Source: Escherichia coli
GTDB lineage: Bacteria > Pseudomonadota > Gammaproteobacteria > Enterobacterales > Enterobacteriaceae
Assembly (NCBI RefSeq): GCF_003334815.1
Contig: NZ_QOWO01000008.1
Reading direction: 5' to 3' (one strand)
Length of the DNA: 64,000 bases
Under the pieces are notes generated by a model. The model saw only the letters and a list, made by a program, of their open reading frames with translations. It ran no database searches and had not been told where the DNA came from. Every line of letters starts with the position of its first letter. Position 1 is the stretch's first letter. Position numbers and translations under genes: made by a program. This document shows, piece by piece, positions 13,927 to 26,334 of the stretch.

Positions 13927-13952
13927 ATCTGGCACGCAGGACAGAAAAGAGA

Positions 13953-14675
13953 TCAAATTAAGCCAGTAGCGGCCGCGTAACAGGCAACCTGGGTCTTATT
14001 CGGTGCATTGATTTTTTTCTGCATGTTTTTCTGATGGAAATTGACCGTATTCTCAGAGATTGACAAAATCATCGCTATCTCTGCTGATGTCTTCCCTTCC
14101 GCCGTCCATTTCAAAATTTCTTTTTCGCGCTTGCTGAAATTCATCTCTGGCGTCATCACTATTTCATCATTTAAACGCATCAGAGCCATCAGACTTTCGC
14201 GCACCAGTAACTGCATTTTTAATTGCAGTTCATCACTAAGAATGGGTATTTCGCGCGCGCTGCTACGGGAAAAGGACAAAAAGCCCAGCGCCCGGTTTGG
14301 CAGCATTAAATACTGAGTGACACCGCGGCGTAAACCATGTGCGCGCGCGGCTTCCCATAACGGCTGTGCTTCGCTGAATAAGTCATCATTCCACATTAAA
14401 TGGCCCTGACTAAAGTTTTCAGGGTTCAGCACCGGATCAATTGCGAGAAAGTTTTTTGCCTGATAATAACTAACCCACGCCTCAGGGTAATTGGTGTAGA
14501 AAGCCACTTTAGGTCGCGTGAATGGTACCGGGTGGCGAACACATAACGAATAGTAATCGTACTCTAGCTGCTGAGCCTGAAGCTCTATTTCATGGTAGAC
14601 CTCTTCTGCGGCCTCCATCCTCTGAAAACGCAACAGCATCGTGCGACGCCAGCTGAAAAAATCCGTATCCTGCAT
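13953..14675 (-). CDS. sdiA: LuxR-family quorum-sensing regulator SdiA
   Basis: ORF track 13953..14687; start trimmed to MQDTDFFSWRRTMLLRFQ (240 aa); autoinducer-binding plus LuxR HTH. Confidence 0.95.
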   Translation of the reverse strand: MQDTDFFSWRRTMLLRFQRMEAAEEVYHEIELQAQQLEYDYYSLCVRHPVPFTRPKVAFYTNYPEAWVSYYQAKNFLAIDPVLNPENFSQGHLMWNDDLFSEAQPLWEAARAHGLRRGVTQYLMLPNRALGFLSFSRSSAREIPILSDELQLKMQLLVRESLMALMRLNDEIVMTPEMNFSKREKEILKWTAEGKTSAEIAMILSISENTVNFHQKNMQKKINAPNKTQVACYAAATGLI

Positions 14676-14904
14676 AGTAAACCGCAACGCCCCTGAGAGT
14701 GAGTATCATTTATAATGATAATTCAAACTATCACATAAATAAGATTTATATATAATTTATATTATTCAGGCAATGAATTACTTTTGCAAGCCATCGCATT
14801 CTCTTATGTTATTAATGAGTTATGCTGATTTGTTAAGCTGTTTTATCACGCTTGAAATGGCGTCCCGCCCCGACAGGTGAATCGTCGGGGCTGATTTTTT
14901 CTTA

Positions 14905-15657
14905 TTATTGCAGCAGAAACTTCTCGAGGAACTGGCGGGTGCGAGGCTGCTGGGGATCGGCAAATAACGCTTTTGCTGCCCCCTGCTCGACTATCCGCCC
15001 CTGGTCCATAAAAATCGCCCGGTCCGCAACATCCCGGGCAAAGCTCATTTCGTGCGTCACAATCACCATCGTGCGCTTTTCCTGCGCCAGCTGACGGATG
15101 GTGTTCAGGACTTCGCCCACCAGCTCTGGATCCAGCGCCGACGTTGGCTCGTCAAACAAAATCACCTCAGGACGCATTGCCAGCGCACGTGCAATCGCAA
15201 CACGTTGCTGTTGACCGCCAGACAAACGACGTGGATAGCTGGTTTCTTTACCGGCCAGCCCAACTTTCGCCAACAGCTCGCGAGCGCGCGCCGTGGCCTC
15301 TTCTTTCGGTTCGCCTTTGACGATCACCGGCCCTTCAATAATGTTTTCCAGCACCGTACGATGCGGAAACAAATTAAAGTTCTGGAAGACAAACCCGACG
15401 TGCTGACGCAACTGGCGAATCAGCGATTTTTGCTGACTTAATGAACGTGCAGTATCAATAGTGATATCGCCAACGGTGATAGTTCCCGCTTCCGGTTGTT
15501 CCAGCAGATTTATGCTGCGTAGCAACGTGGTTTTGCCGGAACCACTCGGACCGATAATTGCCACCACTTCGCCAGGCTTTACCTCAAGGTCGATACCGTG
15601 CAGCACCGTCTGACCGTGAAATTTTTTCACCAGGTTCTTAACTTCAATGGCACTCAT
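14905..15657 (-). CDS. tcyN: L-cystine ABC transporter ATP-binding protein
   Basis: 250-aa ABC ATPase with Walker A GPSGSGKTT and signature LSGGQQQRV. Confidence 0.95.
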   Translation of the reverse strand: MSAIEVKNLVKKFHGQTVLHGIDLEVKPGEVVAIIGPSGSGKTTLLRSINLLEQPEAGTITVGDITIDTARSLSQQKSLIRQLRQHVGFVFQNFNLFPHRTVLENIIEGPVIVKGEPKEEATARARELLAKVGLAGKETSYPRRLSGGQQQRVAIARALAMRPEVILFDEPTSALDPELVGEVLNTIRQLAQEKRTMVIVTHEMSFARDVADRAIFMDQGRIVEQGAAKALFADPQQPRTRQFLEKFLLQ

Positions 15658-16322
15658 TTTGGTTCTCTCTCCTGGCGATTAAGTTGATTCTCAAAATGGT
15701 TCTGCAACGTCGATAATACTGTCGCCATGATCCAGTAGATGAGCGAAGCCGCCAGGTACATGGTGAACACCTCCAGCGTGCGCGAGGTAATCAACTGCGC
15801 CTGACGGAACAGCTCCGGCACCTGAATTGTCGCGGCCAGCGACGTATCTTTTACCAGGCTGATAAAGCTGTTCGACAGCGGCGGCAACGCCACCCGCGCC
15901 GCCTGTGGCAAAATCGCGCGACGCATAGTCTGCCATGGCGTCATACCAATACTGGCAGCTGCTTCCCACTGACCTTTATCAATAGAAGAAATGGCGGCGC
16001 GCAGCGTTTCGGCAGCATAGGCGGCAGTGTTGAGCGACAGACCAATCATTGCTGACGGAATGGGATCTAATTCGATACCAAACTGCGGCAGGCCGTAATA
16101 GATCATAAACAGTTGTGCGATGAGCGGTGTACCACGAAAAATAGAGATATAAAAACGCGCCAGCCAGCGCACGGGCCAGATTGGCGACAGGCGCATCAGC
16201 GCGAGAATAAACCCGAGCAGTAAGCCAAAAAACATGCCGCCGATACTGAGTTGCAGCGTATACCCAGCCCCTTTCAGCAGGAACGGCAAGGAATCAATAA
16301 CCAGTTGTATACTTTCTTGCAT
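15654..16322 (-). CDS. tcyL: L-cystine ABC transporter permease
   Basis: 222-aa polytopic permease; overlaps tcyN by 4 bp. Confidence 0.95.
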   Translation of the reverse strand: MQESIQLVIDSLPFLLKGAGYTLQLSIGGMFFGLLLGFILALMRLSPIWPVRWLARFYISIFRGTPLIAQLFMIYYGLPQFGIELDPIPSAMIGLSLNTAAYAAETLRAAISSIDKGQWEAAASIGMTPWQTMRRAILPQAARVALPPLSNSFISLVKDTSLAATIQVPELFRQAQLITSRTLEVFTMYLAASLIYWIMATVLSTLQNHFENQLNRQEREPK

Positions 16323-16336
16323 GAGCGTTCCCGGAG

Positions 16337-18228
<1,892 letters not shown>

Positions 18229-18315
18229 ATTCACCCCGAATGTTGTTATGTCTGTTTGCAGTGTAGAGCCATTGTTTGTAAACACAAAAACAACTCCGCT
18301 ACATCTTATTCTTAT

Positions 18316-18867
18316 TTAATATATATCAGAAGAAGGCAGGCTGGAGGATTTCTGCACAAGTCCGGTACAGGTTTGGCGCTGATAGTGTTGATACTTCCGT
18401 AACGCGATGCGGTAATTGTTGGTGCTGGTGGTGGGCAGCCACGGGGCGAGGATTTCATCAAGGAAACCGTCCTGCAGCTGTTCGAGGGAAATATTTTGCT
18501 CGTGTAGATGATTCCCCAAACGGCGCAAACGAACGACATATTCACGCACCGTACCTGGGCTCATTTCAGTTTGCTCAAAAAGAAATTGCTTAAAGCCGAT
18601 AATATCGAAAAAATCACTCTGCGTTTTGCAGTGTAAATCACCGCAAAATCGGCACAATGCCGCCCATGATTGTTGTTCCACTTGCCAGCCATTTTCATCA
18701 AGCAGCGTGTCCAGGCGGGAAATCTCGATTTTATTCACTATTTTGCCGTCGCGAACTAAGGTAATGCGATCGAGTAATTTACGGCAATGCGCACAATGGG
18801 TCTGGCTGTGTTTAAAGTCTTTAAGATAGCGGCTTAATGGCCGTCTTTTCAGGTGCTGCACCATCAT
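18316..18867 (-). CDS. fliZ: Flagellar/RpoS regulatory protein FliZ
   Basis: ORF track 18316..18903; start trimmed to MMVQHLKRRPLSRYLKDF (183 aa). Confidence 0.95.
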   Translation of the reverse strand: MMVQHLKRRPLSRYLKDFKHSQTHCAHCRKLLDRITLVRDGKIVNKIEISRLDTLLDENGWQVEQQSWAALCRFCGDLHCKTQSDFFDIIGFKQFLFEQTEMSPGTVREYVVRLRRLGNHLHEQNISLEQLQDGFLDEILAPWLPTTSTNNYRIALRKYQHYQRQTCTGLVQKSSSLPSSDIY

Positions 18868-18912
18868 TAAGAACTCCTGGTAGTCAAAGTTAAAGTGCGG
18901 CATTTACTGACG

Positions 18913-19632
18913 TTATAACTTACCCAGTTTAGTGCGTAACCGTTTAATGGCCTGGCTGTGTAACTGACTGACCCGCGATTCCCCGACCTCCAGCACCGCG
19001 CCAATCTCTTTGAGATTCAGCTCTTCCTGGTAATAGAGGGTTAATACCAGTTTTTCGCGCTCCGGCAGCGTTTCGATAGCTTCCATCACCCGCTGGCGCA
19101 GATTACTGTCCAGCAGTTGTTGTAGCGGGTTTTCTCGCTGATGATCATCAGTAACCAGTTCGATGCTATCGCCGTGCTCTTCGCGCCACTCATCGTAGGA
19201 GAAGAGCTGGCTGTTATTGGTGTCGAGCAACATTTGGCGATAATCGGCAATATCGATCCCTAAACGTTCCGCTACCTCAGTTTCCGTGGCGTTGCGGCCA
19301 AGTTCCTGCTCCAGTTGCCCTATTGCCTGTGCCACTTCACGCGCGTTGCGTCGCACGCTGCGCGGCACCCAGTCACGGCTGCGAAGTTCATCCAGCATAG
19401 CGCCACGGATACGCTGCACTGCGTAAGTTGTAAATGCCGTTCCTTGTAGGGCGTCATAGCGTTCGACGGCATTAAGTAACCCAATGCCGCCCGCCTGTAG
19501 CAGATCGTCAAGTTCCACGCTCGCGGGCAGTCGAACCTGCAGGCGCAATGCTTCGTGACGCACCAGCGGGACATAACGCTGCCACAGCGAGTGTTTATCC
19601 ATTACACCTTCAGCGGTATAGAGTGAATTCAC
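18913..19632 (-). CDS. fliA: Flagellar sigma factor sigma-28
   Basis: 239-aa ORF starting at GTG; sigma-70 family regions 2-4. Confidence 0.97.
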   Translation of the reverse strand: MNSLYTAEGVMDKHSLWQRYVPLVRHEALRLQVRLPASVELDDLLQAGGIGLLNAVERYDALQGTAFTTYAVQRIRGAMLDELRSRDWVPRSVRRNAREVAQAIGQLEQELGRNATETEVAERLGIDIADYRQMLLDTNNSQLFSYDEWREEHGDSIELVTDDHQRENPLQQLLDSNLRQRVMEAIETLPEREKLVLTLYYQEELNLKEIGAVLEVGESRVSQLHSQAIKRLRTKLGKL

Positions 19633-19657
19633 GATAAACAGCCCTGCGTTATATGAG

Positions 19658-19665
19658 TTATCGGC
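19658..19665 (-). promoter_or_regulatory. Putative sigma-28 -10 element upstream of fliA
   Basis: Minus strand reads GCCGATAA about 30 nt upstream of the fliA GTG; no consensus TAAA -35 at 15-nt spacing, so a weak call. Confidence 0.35.
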
Positions 19666-19751
19666 ATGATTATCCGTTTCTGCAGGGTTTTTAATCGGAC
19701 GATTAGTGGGTGAAATGAGGGGTTATTTGGGGGTTACCGGTAAATTGCGGA

Positions 19752-19777
19752 CAGAAAAAACCCCGCCGGTGGCGGGG
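19752..19777 (-). terminator. Rho-independent terminator of fliC
   Basis: On the minus strand: hairpin ccccgccaccggcgggg followed by TTTTTT. Confidence 0.6.
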
Positions 19778-19809
19778 AAGCACGTTGCTGACAAATTACC
19801 ATTCATGTT

Positions 19810-19910
<101 letters not shown>

Positions 19911-19951
19911 TTTGGCGTTGCCGTCAGTCTCAGTTAATCAGGTTAGGACGA

Positions 19952-21664
19952 TTAACCCTGCAGCAGAGACAGAACCTGCTGCGGTACCTGGTTAGCTTTT
20001 GCCAGCACGGAGTTACCTGCCTGCTGAATAATCTGCGCTTTCGACATGTTGGACACTTCGGTCGCATAGTCGGCGTCCTGAATACGGGACTGCGCTTCGG
20101 ACAGGTTGGTAGTGGTGTTGTTCAGGTTGGTGACTGCGGAATCCAGACGGTTCTGCACGGCACCCAGGGAAGAACGGAATTTGTCTACGGATGCGATAGC
20201 ATCGTCCAGCGCTTTCAGCGGATCCGTGGTCGCTTCAGATTTACCTGTAGCTTCAGTGGTCAGAGAGCCGTCAGCCGCTTTATACAGAGCCGCGCCGTCA
20301 TCATCCAGAATATTGCCGTTAGCAAATTCGTGATAAGTTTCTGTGACAGTCTTGTTGGCCGCAGTCGTCAGTTCACCCTCAGCACCAATATTTACGGTCG
20401 CTCCACCTGTAGTAGCAGTTACTGCACCATCAGCGGCAACGTCATAAGACTGTGCGCCGTTAGCTACGGTATAAGCCTGACCGGTTAACGCAGTGTTCAT
20501 ATCTTCGGCGGATACCGTCGCGCCCTTAATATCCACATTGTTGCTAACCTGGGTGAAGTCAACGGTCATGCCGCTGCCGAAGGTAATCTTCGCATCAACT
20601 GCATCATGACCATTCGCACCGTTGAAAATACCGTCCAACGTTGCCGCGGCTGGGCCGCCGGCCTGGTTTTTCGTCAGGTTACCGTCAGCACCAATGTATA
20701 AAGCATCGCCATTAGTATCCGTCAGGGTACCATCGCTGGCAATTTTAACTTCCTGAGCGCTACCACCGATGGAGATCTGAGCCGTGTTATCGCCGTTTGC
20801 TGCATAGGCTTTCAGAACATCAGCAACTTTAGTTGAGCCCGCAGTACCATCACCATTAGTAAGTGCGGTTGCGTCAAATGAATAAGACTTGCTGGTTGCG
20901 TTGTAGGTATATGCAGTAGAAGCCGCTACGCCTAACCCATTGTTTGTGCCAGCATAACCGCTAATAGTGCTGCCGCCACTAACGCTAGCCAGCACATCGG
21001 TAGCTGTTGCTGCATTAAAGGTAGTAACAGTAGATTTAGTCCAGGTGCTATTGCCACTGACAACTGCACTTTGGGAGAAGCCCGCAGCGGTCAGATCTGC
21101 TTCAGTGGCTTTTGCATTATCAACAGCGCCTTTACCGTTGACGTTGAAGCTGGTCAGCTTCAGTGTAGAAGAGTCGATTTTTTTCAGGTCAATCGTGATG
21201 GTTTCACCATCATTTGCGCCCACCTGAATTTTCATTGAACCGTCTTTGGACAACACATTCACGCCATTGAACTGGGTCTGACCAGATACGCGGTCAATTT
21301 CATCAAGACGAGATTTGATTTCGTCCTGGATGGAGTCCAGGTCAGAATCGGAGTTAGTACCGGTAGTGGCCTGAACCGTCAGTTCACGGATACGCTGTAA
21401 GTTGTTGTTGATTTCGGACAGCGCGCCTTCGGTGGTCTGCGCAACGGAAATACCGTCGTTGGCGTTACGTGCAGCCTGAGTCAGGCCTTTAATGTTAGAA
21501 GTAAAACGGTTAGCAATCGCCTGACCCGCGGCGTCATCCTTCGCGCTGTTAATACGCAAGCCAGAAGACAGACGCTCGATAGAACTCGACAGCGCAGACT
21601 GGTTCTTGTTGATATTATTTTGAGTGATCAGCGAGAGGCTGTTGGTATTAATGACTTGTGCCAT
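19952..21664 (-). CDS. fliC: Flagellin (H antigen), 570 aa with long hypervariable central domain
   Basis: Conserved N-terminus MAQVINTNSLSLITQNNINKNQ and C-terminus ...QVPQQVLSLLQG; Thr/Ala/Gly-rich centre; longer than the 498-aa K-12 allele. Confidence 0.96.
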   Translation of the reverse strand: MAQVINTNSLSLITQNNINKNQSALSSSIERLSSGLRINSAKDDAAGQAIANRFTSNIKGLTQAARNANDGISVAQTTEGALSEINNNLQRIRELTVQATTGTNSDSDLDSIQDEIKSRLDEIDRVSGQTQFNGVNVLSKDGSMKIQVGANDGETITIDLKKIDSSTLKLTSFNVNGKGAVDNAKATEADLTAAGFSQSAVVSGNSTWTKSTVTTFNAATATDVLASVSGGSTISGYAGTNNGLGVAASTAYTYNATSKSYSFDATALTNGDGTAGSTKVADVLKAYAANGDNTAQISIGGSAQEVKIASDGTLTDTNGDALYIGADGNLTKNQAGGPAAATLDGIFNGANGHDAVDAKITFGSGMTVDFTQVSNNVDIKGATVSAEDMNTALTGQAYTVANGAQSYDVAADGAVTATTGGATVNIGAEGELTTAANKTVTETYHEFANGNILDDDGAALYKAADGSLTTEATGKSEATTDPLKALDDAIASVDKFRSSLGAVQNRLDSAVTNLNNTTTNLSEAQSRIQDADYATEVSNMSKAQIIQQAGNSVLAKANQVPQQVLSLLQG

Positions 21665-21720
21665 GATTCGTTATCCTATATTGCAAGTCGTTGATTACGT
21701 ATTGGGTTTCCACCCGTCGG

Positions 21721-21747
21721 CTCAATCGCCGTCAACCCTGTTATCGT
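21721..21747 (-). promoter_or_regulatory. Sigma-28 (class 3) promoter of fliC
   Basis: Minus strand reads TAAA-ggttgttttacgaca-GACGATAA, matching TAAA-N15-GCCGATAA. Confidence 0.8.
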
Positions 21748-21859
21748 CTGTCGTAAAACAACCTTTAGAATTTTTTTCACAAACAGCCATTTTTTGTTAG
21801 TCGCCGAAATACTCTTTTCTCTGCCCCTTATTCCCGCTATTAAAAAAAACAATTAAACG

Positions 21860-21886
21860 TAAACTTTGCGCAATTCAGGCCGATAA
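21860..21886 (+). promoter_or_regulatory. Sigma-28 promoter of fliDST
   Basis: TAAA-ctttgcgcaattcag-GCCGATAA, perfect -10 and 15-nt spacer. Confidence 0.8.
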
Positions 21887-21929
21887 CCCCGGTATTCGTT
21901 TTACGTGTCGAAAGATAAAAGGAAATCGC

Positions 21930-23336
21930 ATGGCAAGTATTTCATCGCTGGGAGTCGGGTCAGGCCTGGATTTAAGTTCAATCCTTGATAGCCTCACCGC
22001 CGCGCAAAAAGCGACGCTAACCCCTATTTCAAATCAGCAATCGTCGTTTACCGCTAAACTTAGCGCCTACGGTACGCTGAAAAGCGCGTTGACGACTTTC
22101 CAGACCGCCAATACTGCATTGTCTAAAGCCGATCTTTTTTCCGCCACCAGCACTACCAGCAGCACCACCGCGTTCAGTGCCACCACCGCGGGTAACGCCA
22201 TCGCCGGGAAATACACCATCAGCGTCACCCATCTGGCGCAGGCGCAAACCCTGACCACGCGCACCACCAGAGATGATACGAAAACGGCGATCGCCACCAG
22301 CGACAGTAAACTCACCATTCAACAAGGCGGCGACAAAGATCCGATTACCATTGATATCAGCGCGGCTAACTCGTCGTTAAGCGGGATCCGTGATGCCATC
22401 AACAACGCAAAAGCGGGCGTAAGTGCGAGCATCATTAACGTGGGTAACGGTGAATATCGTCTGTCAGTCACATCAAATGACACCGGCCTTGACAATGCGA
22501 TGACACTCTCGGTCAGCGGTGATGATGCGCTACAAAGTTTTATGGGCTATGACGCCAGTGCCAGCAGCAACGGCATGGAAGTCTCGGTCGCCGCCCAGAA
22601 TGCGCAGCTGACGGTCAACAACGTCGCCATTGAGAACAGCAGCAACACCATCAGCGACGCGCTGGAAAACATCACCCTGAACCTGAACGATGTCACCACG
22701 GGCAACCAGACGCTGACCATCACTCAGGACACCTCCAAAGCGCAAACGGCGATTAAAGACTGGGTGAATGCCTATAACTCGCTAATAGATACCTTCAGCA
22801 GCCTGACCAAATACACCGCCGTAGATGCGGGAGCTGATAGCCAAAGCTCTAGCAATGGCGCACTGCTCGGCGACTCCACGCTGCGGACGATTCAGACGCA
22901 GTTGAAGTCGATGCTGAGTAATACCGTCAGTTCTTCCAGCTATAAAACGTTGGCGCAGATTGGTATCACGACCGATCCCAGCGATGGCAAACTGGAACTG
23001 GATGCCGACAAACTCACCGCTGCACTGAAAAAAGATGCCAGCGGCGTAGGTGCATTGATTGTTGGCGATGGTAAAAAAACCGGCATCACAACCACCATCG
23101 GCAGCAACCTGACCAGTTGGCTTTCGACAACGGGCATTATTAAAGCCGCTACCGATGGCGTTAGTAAGACTCTGAATAAATTAACTAAAGACTACAACGC
23201 CGCCAGCGATCGCATTGATGCGCAGGTCGCGCGCTACAAAGAACAATTTACCCAACTGGACGTTTTAATGACCTCGTTAAACAGCACCAGCAGCTACTTA
23301 ACGCAGCAGTTCGAAAACAACAGTAATTCCAAGTAA
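21930..23336 (+). CDS. fliD: Flagellar filament capping protein
   Basis: 468-aa ORF MASISSLGVGSGLDLSSILDSL...; synteny. Confidence 0.96.
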   Translation: MASISSLGVGSGLDLSSILDSLTAAQKATLTPISNQQSSFTAKLSAYGTLKSALTTFQTANTALSKADLFSATSTTSSTTAFSATTAGNAIAGKYTISVTHLAQAQTLTTRTTRDDTKTAIATSDSKLTIQQGGDKDPITIDISAANSSLSGIRDAINNAKAGVSASIINVGNGEYRLSVTSNDTGLDNAMTLSVSGDDALQSFMGYDASASSNGMEVSVAAQNAQLTVNNVAIENSSNTISDALENITLNLNDVTTGNQTLTITQDTSKAQTAIKDWVNAYNSLIDTFSSLTKYTAVDAGADSQSSSNGALLGDSTLRTIQTQLKSMLSNTVSSSSYKTLAQIGITTDPSDGKLELDADKLTAALKKDASGVGALIVGDGKKTGITTTIGSNLTSWLSTTGIIKAATDGVSKTLNKLTKDYNAASDRIDAQVARYKEQFTQLDVLMTSLNSTSSYLTQQFENNSNSK

Positions 23337-23360
23337 TCAATATTCATCGGGAGACAGGTC

Positions 23361-23771
23361 ATGTACGCGGCAAAAGGCACCCAGGCCTATGCACAAATTG
23401 GCGTCGAAAGCGCCGTAATGAGCGCCAGCCAGCAGCAGCTGGTCACCATGCTATTTGATGGAGTGCTGAGCGCACTGGTTAGAGCGCGCCTGTTTATGCA
23501 GGACAACAATCAGCAAGGCAAAGGCGTCTCTTTGTCAAAAGCGATCAACATCATTGAGAACGGACTGCGGGTGAGTCTTGATGAAGATAGCAAAGACGAA
23601 TTAACCCAAAACTTGATTGCTCTTTATAGCTATATGGTCAGGCGTTTGCTGCAAGCCAATTTACGCAACGATGTCTCCGCAGTCGAAGAAGTGGAAGCAT
23701 TAATGCGCAATATTGCCGATGCCTGGAAAGAGTCGTTACTCTCCCCTTCTTTGATTCAGGACCCAGTCTGA
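23361..23771 (+). CDS. fliS: Flagellin-specific export chaperone
   Basis: 136-aa ORF; synteny fliD-fliS-fliT. Confidence 0.95.
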   Translation: MYAAKGTQAYAQIGVESAVMSASQQQLVTMLFDGVLSALVRARLFMQDNNQQGKGVSLSKAINIIENGLRVSLDEDSKDELTQNLIALYSYMVRRLLQANLRNDVSAVEEVEALMRNIADAWKESLLSPSLIQDPV

Positions 23772-24136
23772 TGAACCATGCACCGCATTTGTATTTCGCC
23801 TGGCAACAACTCGTCGAAAAAAGCCAGCTCATGTTACGCCTGGCAACGGAAGAACAATGGGACGAACTCATCGCCAGCGAAATGGCGTATGTGAATGCGG
23901 TGCAGGAGATAGCACACCTGACTGAAGAGGTTGCCCCGTCCACCACGATGCAGGAGCAGCTCCGCCCGATGCTGCGCCTGATTCTCGACAACGAAAGCAA
24001 GGTAAAGCAGTTATTACAGATTCGTATGGATGAACTGGCGAAACTGGTCGGTCAGTCATCGGTGCAAAAATCGGTGTTAAGTGCCTATGGCGATCAGGGC
24101 GGCTTTGTGCTGGCTCCGCAAGATAACTTCTCGTGA
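23771..24136 (+). CDS. fliT: FliD chaperone / anti-FlhDC factor
   Basis: 121-aa ORF; start overlaps fliS stop (ATGA). Confidence 0.93.
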   Translation: MNHAPHLYFAWQQLVEKSQLMLRLATEEQWDELIASEMAYVNAVQEIAHLTEEVAPSTTMQEQLRPMLRLILDNESKVKQLLQIRMDELAKLVGQSSVQKSVLSAYGDQGGFVLAPQDNFS

Positions 24137-24213
24137 ATCTTAACGAGCTAATGGTTCGCGAATAATCCGATTACGGCTACGCTTCTAATGTTCCCCTTGA
24201 ATGGAGTCGAAGA

Positions 24214-25701
24214 ATGCGTAATCCCACGCTGTTACAATGTTTTCACTGGTATTACCCGGAAGGCGGTAAGCTCTGGCCTGAACTGGCCGAGCGCGCCGAC
24301 GGTTTTAATGATATTGGTATCAATATGGTCTGGTTGCCGCCCGCCTATAAAGGCGCATCGGGCGGGTATTCGGTCGGCTACGACTCCTATGATTTATTTG
24401 ATTTAGGCGAGTTTGATCAGAAAGGCAGCATCCCTACTAAATATGGCGATAAAGTACAATTGCTGGCCGCCATTGACGCCCTGAAACGTAATGACATTGC
24501 GGTGCTGTTGGACGTGGTAGTCAACCACAAAATGGGCGCGGATGAAAAAGAAGCTATTCGCGTGCAGCGTGTAAATGCTGACGACCGTACGCAAATTGAT
24601 GAAGAAATCATTGAGTGCGAAGGCTGGACGCGTTACACCTTCCCCGCCCGTGCCGGGCAATACTCACAGTTTATCTGGGATTTCAAATGTTTTAGCGGTA
24701 TCGACCATATCGAAAACCCTGATGAAGATGGCATATTTAAAATTGTTAACGACTACACCGGCGAAGGCTGGAACGATCAGGTTGATGATGAATTAGGTAA
24801 TTTCGATTATCTGATGGGCGAGAATATCGATTTTCGCAATCATGCCGTGACGGAAGAGATTAAATACTGGGCGCGCTGGGTGATGGAACAAACGCAATGC
24901 GACGGTTTTCGTCTTGATGCGGTCAAACATATACCGGCATGGTTTTATAAAGAGTGGATCGAACACGTACAAGAAGTTGCACCAAAGCCGCTGTTTATTG
25001 TGGCGGAGTACTGGTCGCATGAAGTCGATAAACTGCAAACGTATATTGATCAGGTGGAAGGCAAAACCATGCTGTTCGATGCGCCGCTGCAGATGAAATT
25101 CCATGAAGCATCGCGCATGGGGCGCGACTACGACATGACGCAGATTTTCACGGGTACATTAGTGGAAGCCGATCCTTTCCACGCCGTGACGCTCGTTGCC
25201 AATCACGACACCCAACCGTTGCAAGCCCTCGAAGCGCCGGTCGAACCGTGGTTTAAACCGCTGGCGTATGCCTTAATTTTGTTGCGGGAAAATGGCGTTC
25301 CTTCGGTATTCTATCCGGACCTCTACGGTGCGCATTACGAAGATGTCGGCGGTGACGGGCAAACCTATCCGATAGATATGCCAATAATCGAACAGCTTGA
25401 TGAGTTAATTCTCGCCCGTCAGCGTTTCGCCCACGGTGTACAGACATTATTTTTCGACCATCCGAACTGCATTGCCTTTAGCCGCAGTGGCACTGACGAA
25501 TATCCCGGCTGCGTGGTGGTCATGTCGAACGGGGATGATGGCGAAAAAACCATTAATCTGGGAGAGAATTACGGCAATAAAACCTGGCGTGATTTTCTGG
25601 GGAACCGGCAAGAGAGCGTAGTAACCGACGAAAACGGTGAAGCGACCTTCTTTTGCAACGGCGGCAGCGTCAGCGTGTGGGTTATCGAAGAGGTGATTTA
25701 A
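24214..25701 (+). CDS. amyA: Cytoplasmic alpha-amylase (GH13)
   Basis: 495-aa ORF with GH13 motifs ([16 protein letters not shown]). Confidence 0.95.
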   Translation: MRNPTLLQCFHWYYPEGGKLWPELAERADGFNDIGINMVWLPPAYKGASGGYSVGYDSYDLFDLGEFDQKGSIPTKYGDKVQLLAAIDALKRNDIAVLLDVVVNHKMGADEKEAIRVQRVNADDRTQIDEEIIECEGWTRYTFPARAGQYSQFIWDFKCFSGIDHIENPDEDGIFKIVNDYTGEGWNDQVDDELGNFDYLMGENIDFRNHAVTEEIKYWARWVMEQTQCDGFRLDAVKHIPAWFYKEWIEHVQEVAPKPLFIVAEYWSHEVDKLQTYIDQVEGKTMLFDAPLQMKFHEASRMGRDYDMTQIFTGTLVEADPFHAVTLVANHDTQPLQALEAPVEPWFKPLAYALILLRENGVPSVFYPDLYGAHYEDVGGDGQTYPIDMPIIEQLDELILARQRFAHGVQTLFFDHPNCIAFSRSGTDEYPGCVVVMSNGDDGEKTINLGENYGNKTWRDFLGNRQESVVTDENGEATFFCNGGSVSVWVIEEVI

Positions 25702-25706
25702 ATTCA

Positions 25707-25727
25707 TCCCCGGCGGCAAGCCGGGGA
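25707..25727. terminator. Hairpin between convergent amyA and yedD
   Basis: tccccggc-ggcaa-gccgggga stem-loop. Confidence 0.5.
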
Positions 25728-25734
25728 GATTTCA

Positions 25735-26151
25735 TTACGGCAGTGGCGTCGGTAACGGCGCTTTATCCAGCGCGGCGGCACACTCTGCCGTCGGGCGATC
25801 CACACGCTCCATCGTCATACCATCGTACTCAATGGTGTTACCGTCACGCTCAACCTCGTATAGCTCACGTTTTACGGTAACGTTAGTGAGATCATCAGAC
25901 ATCAATGTCAACTTACCCGGCACGGCAATCACCCGCTGCCACTGACGGCAATCAAGAGTATCGCCCTCTTTAGTGACAATCAGGCTGCCTATCGCTTCCG
26001 GGCTGACCAGCGCACGTTGCGGCCCTTTGGTCTGCCAGTAGCCCGCCAGCCAGTCCGGCGCGGGGGTTTTCACGACATTGTTATAGTTTTCGACTTCGGC
26101 ACAGCCCGCCAGCAACATGAGCGCGCCTGCAATTGCGAGTTTTTTCATCAT
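25735..26151 (-). CDS. yedD: Lipoprotein YedD
   Basis: 138-aa ORF with lipobox MKKLAIAGALMLLAGC. Confidence 0.9.
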   Translation of the reverse strand: MMKKLAIAGALMLLAGCAEVENYNNVVKTPAPDWLAGYWQTKGPQRALVSPEAIGSLIVTKEGDTLDCRQWQRVIAVPGKLTLMSDDLTNVTVKRELYEVERDGNTIEYDGMTMERVDRPTAECAAALDKAPLPTPLP

Positions 26152-26334
26152 TCGTCCTGCATGAGAAGAAAAGAAGATTGTGGCATTAAAGCCCTGATGT
26201 CGCCAGCCTTTACAGGTTCAGAGAGAAATTTGATCTAACTATTATTTTTGTGAATTATTACCCCGAAAATAAATTTGCATGATGTATGATTCGCGACTCT
26301 TGTTTCAAACCTTCTGAGTTCAGAGGCTACATTC

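Noticed and set aside
14860-14905. Hairpin gccccgacaggtgaatcgtcggggc near the tcyN stop as a tcyN terminator
   Set aside because: The T-run follows the hairpin on the plus strand, not the minus strand on which tcyN is transcribed, so the orientation does not fit.
15691-15969. 92-aa minus-strand ORF within tcyL in an alternative frame
   Set aside because: Gly/Ala-rich alternative-frame translation inside a well-supported permease gene.
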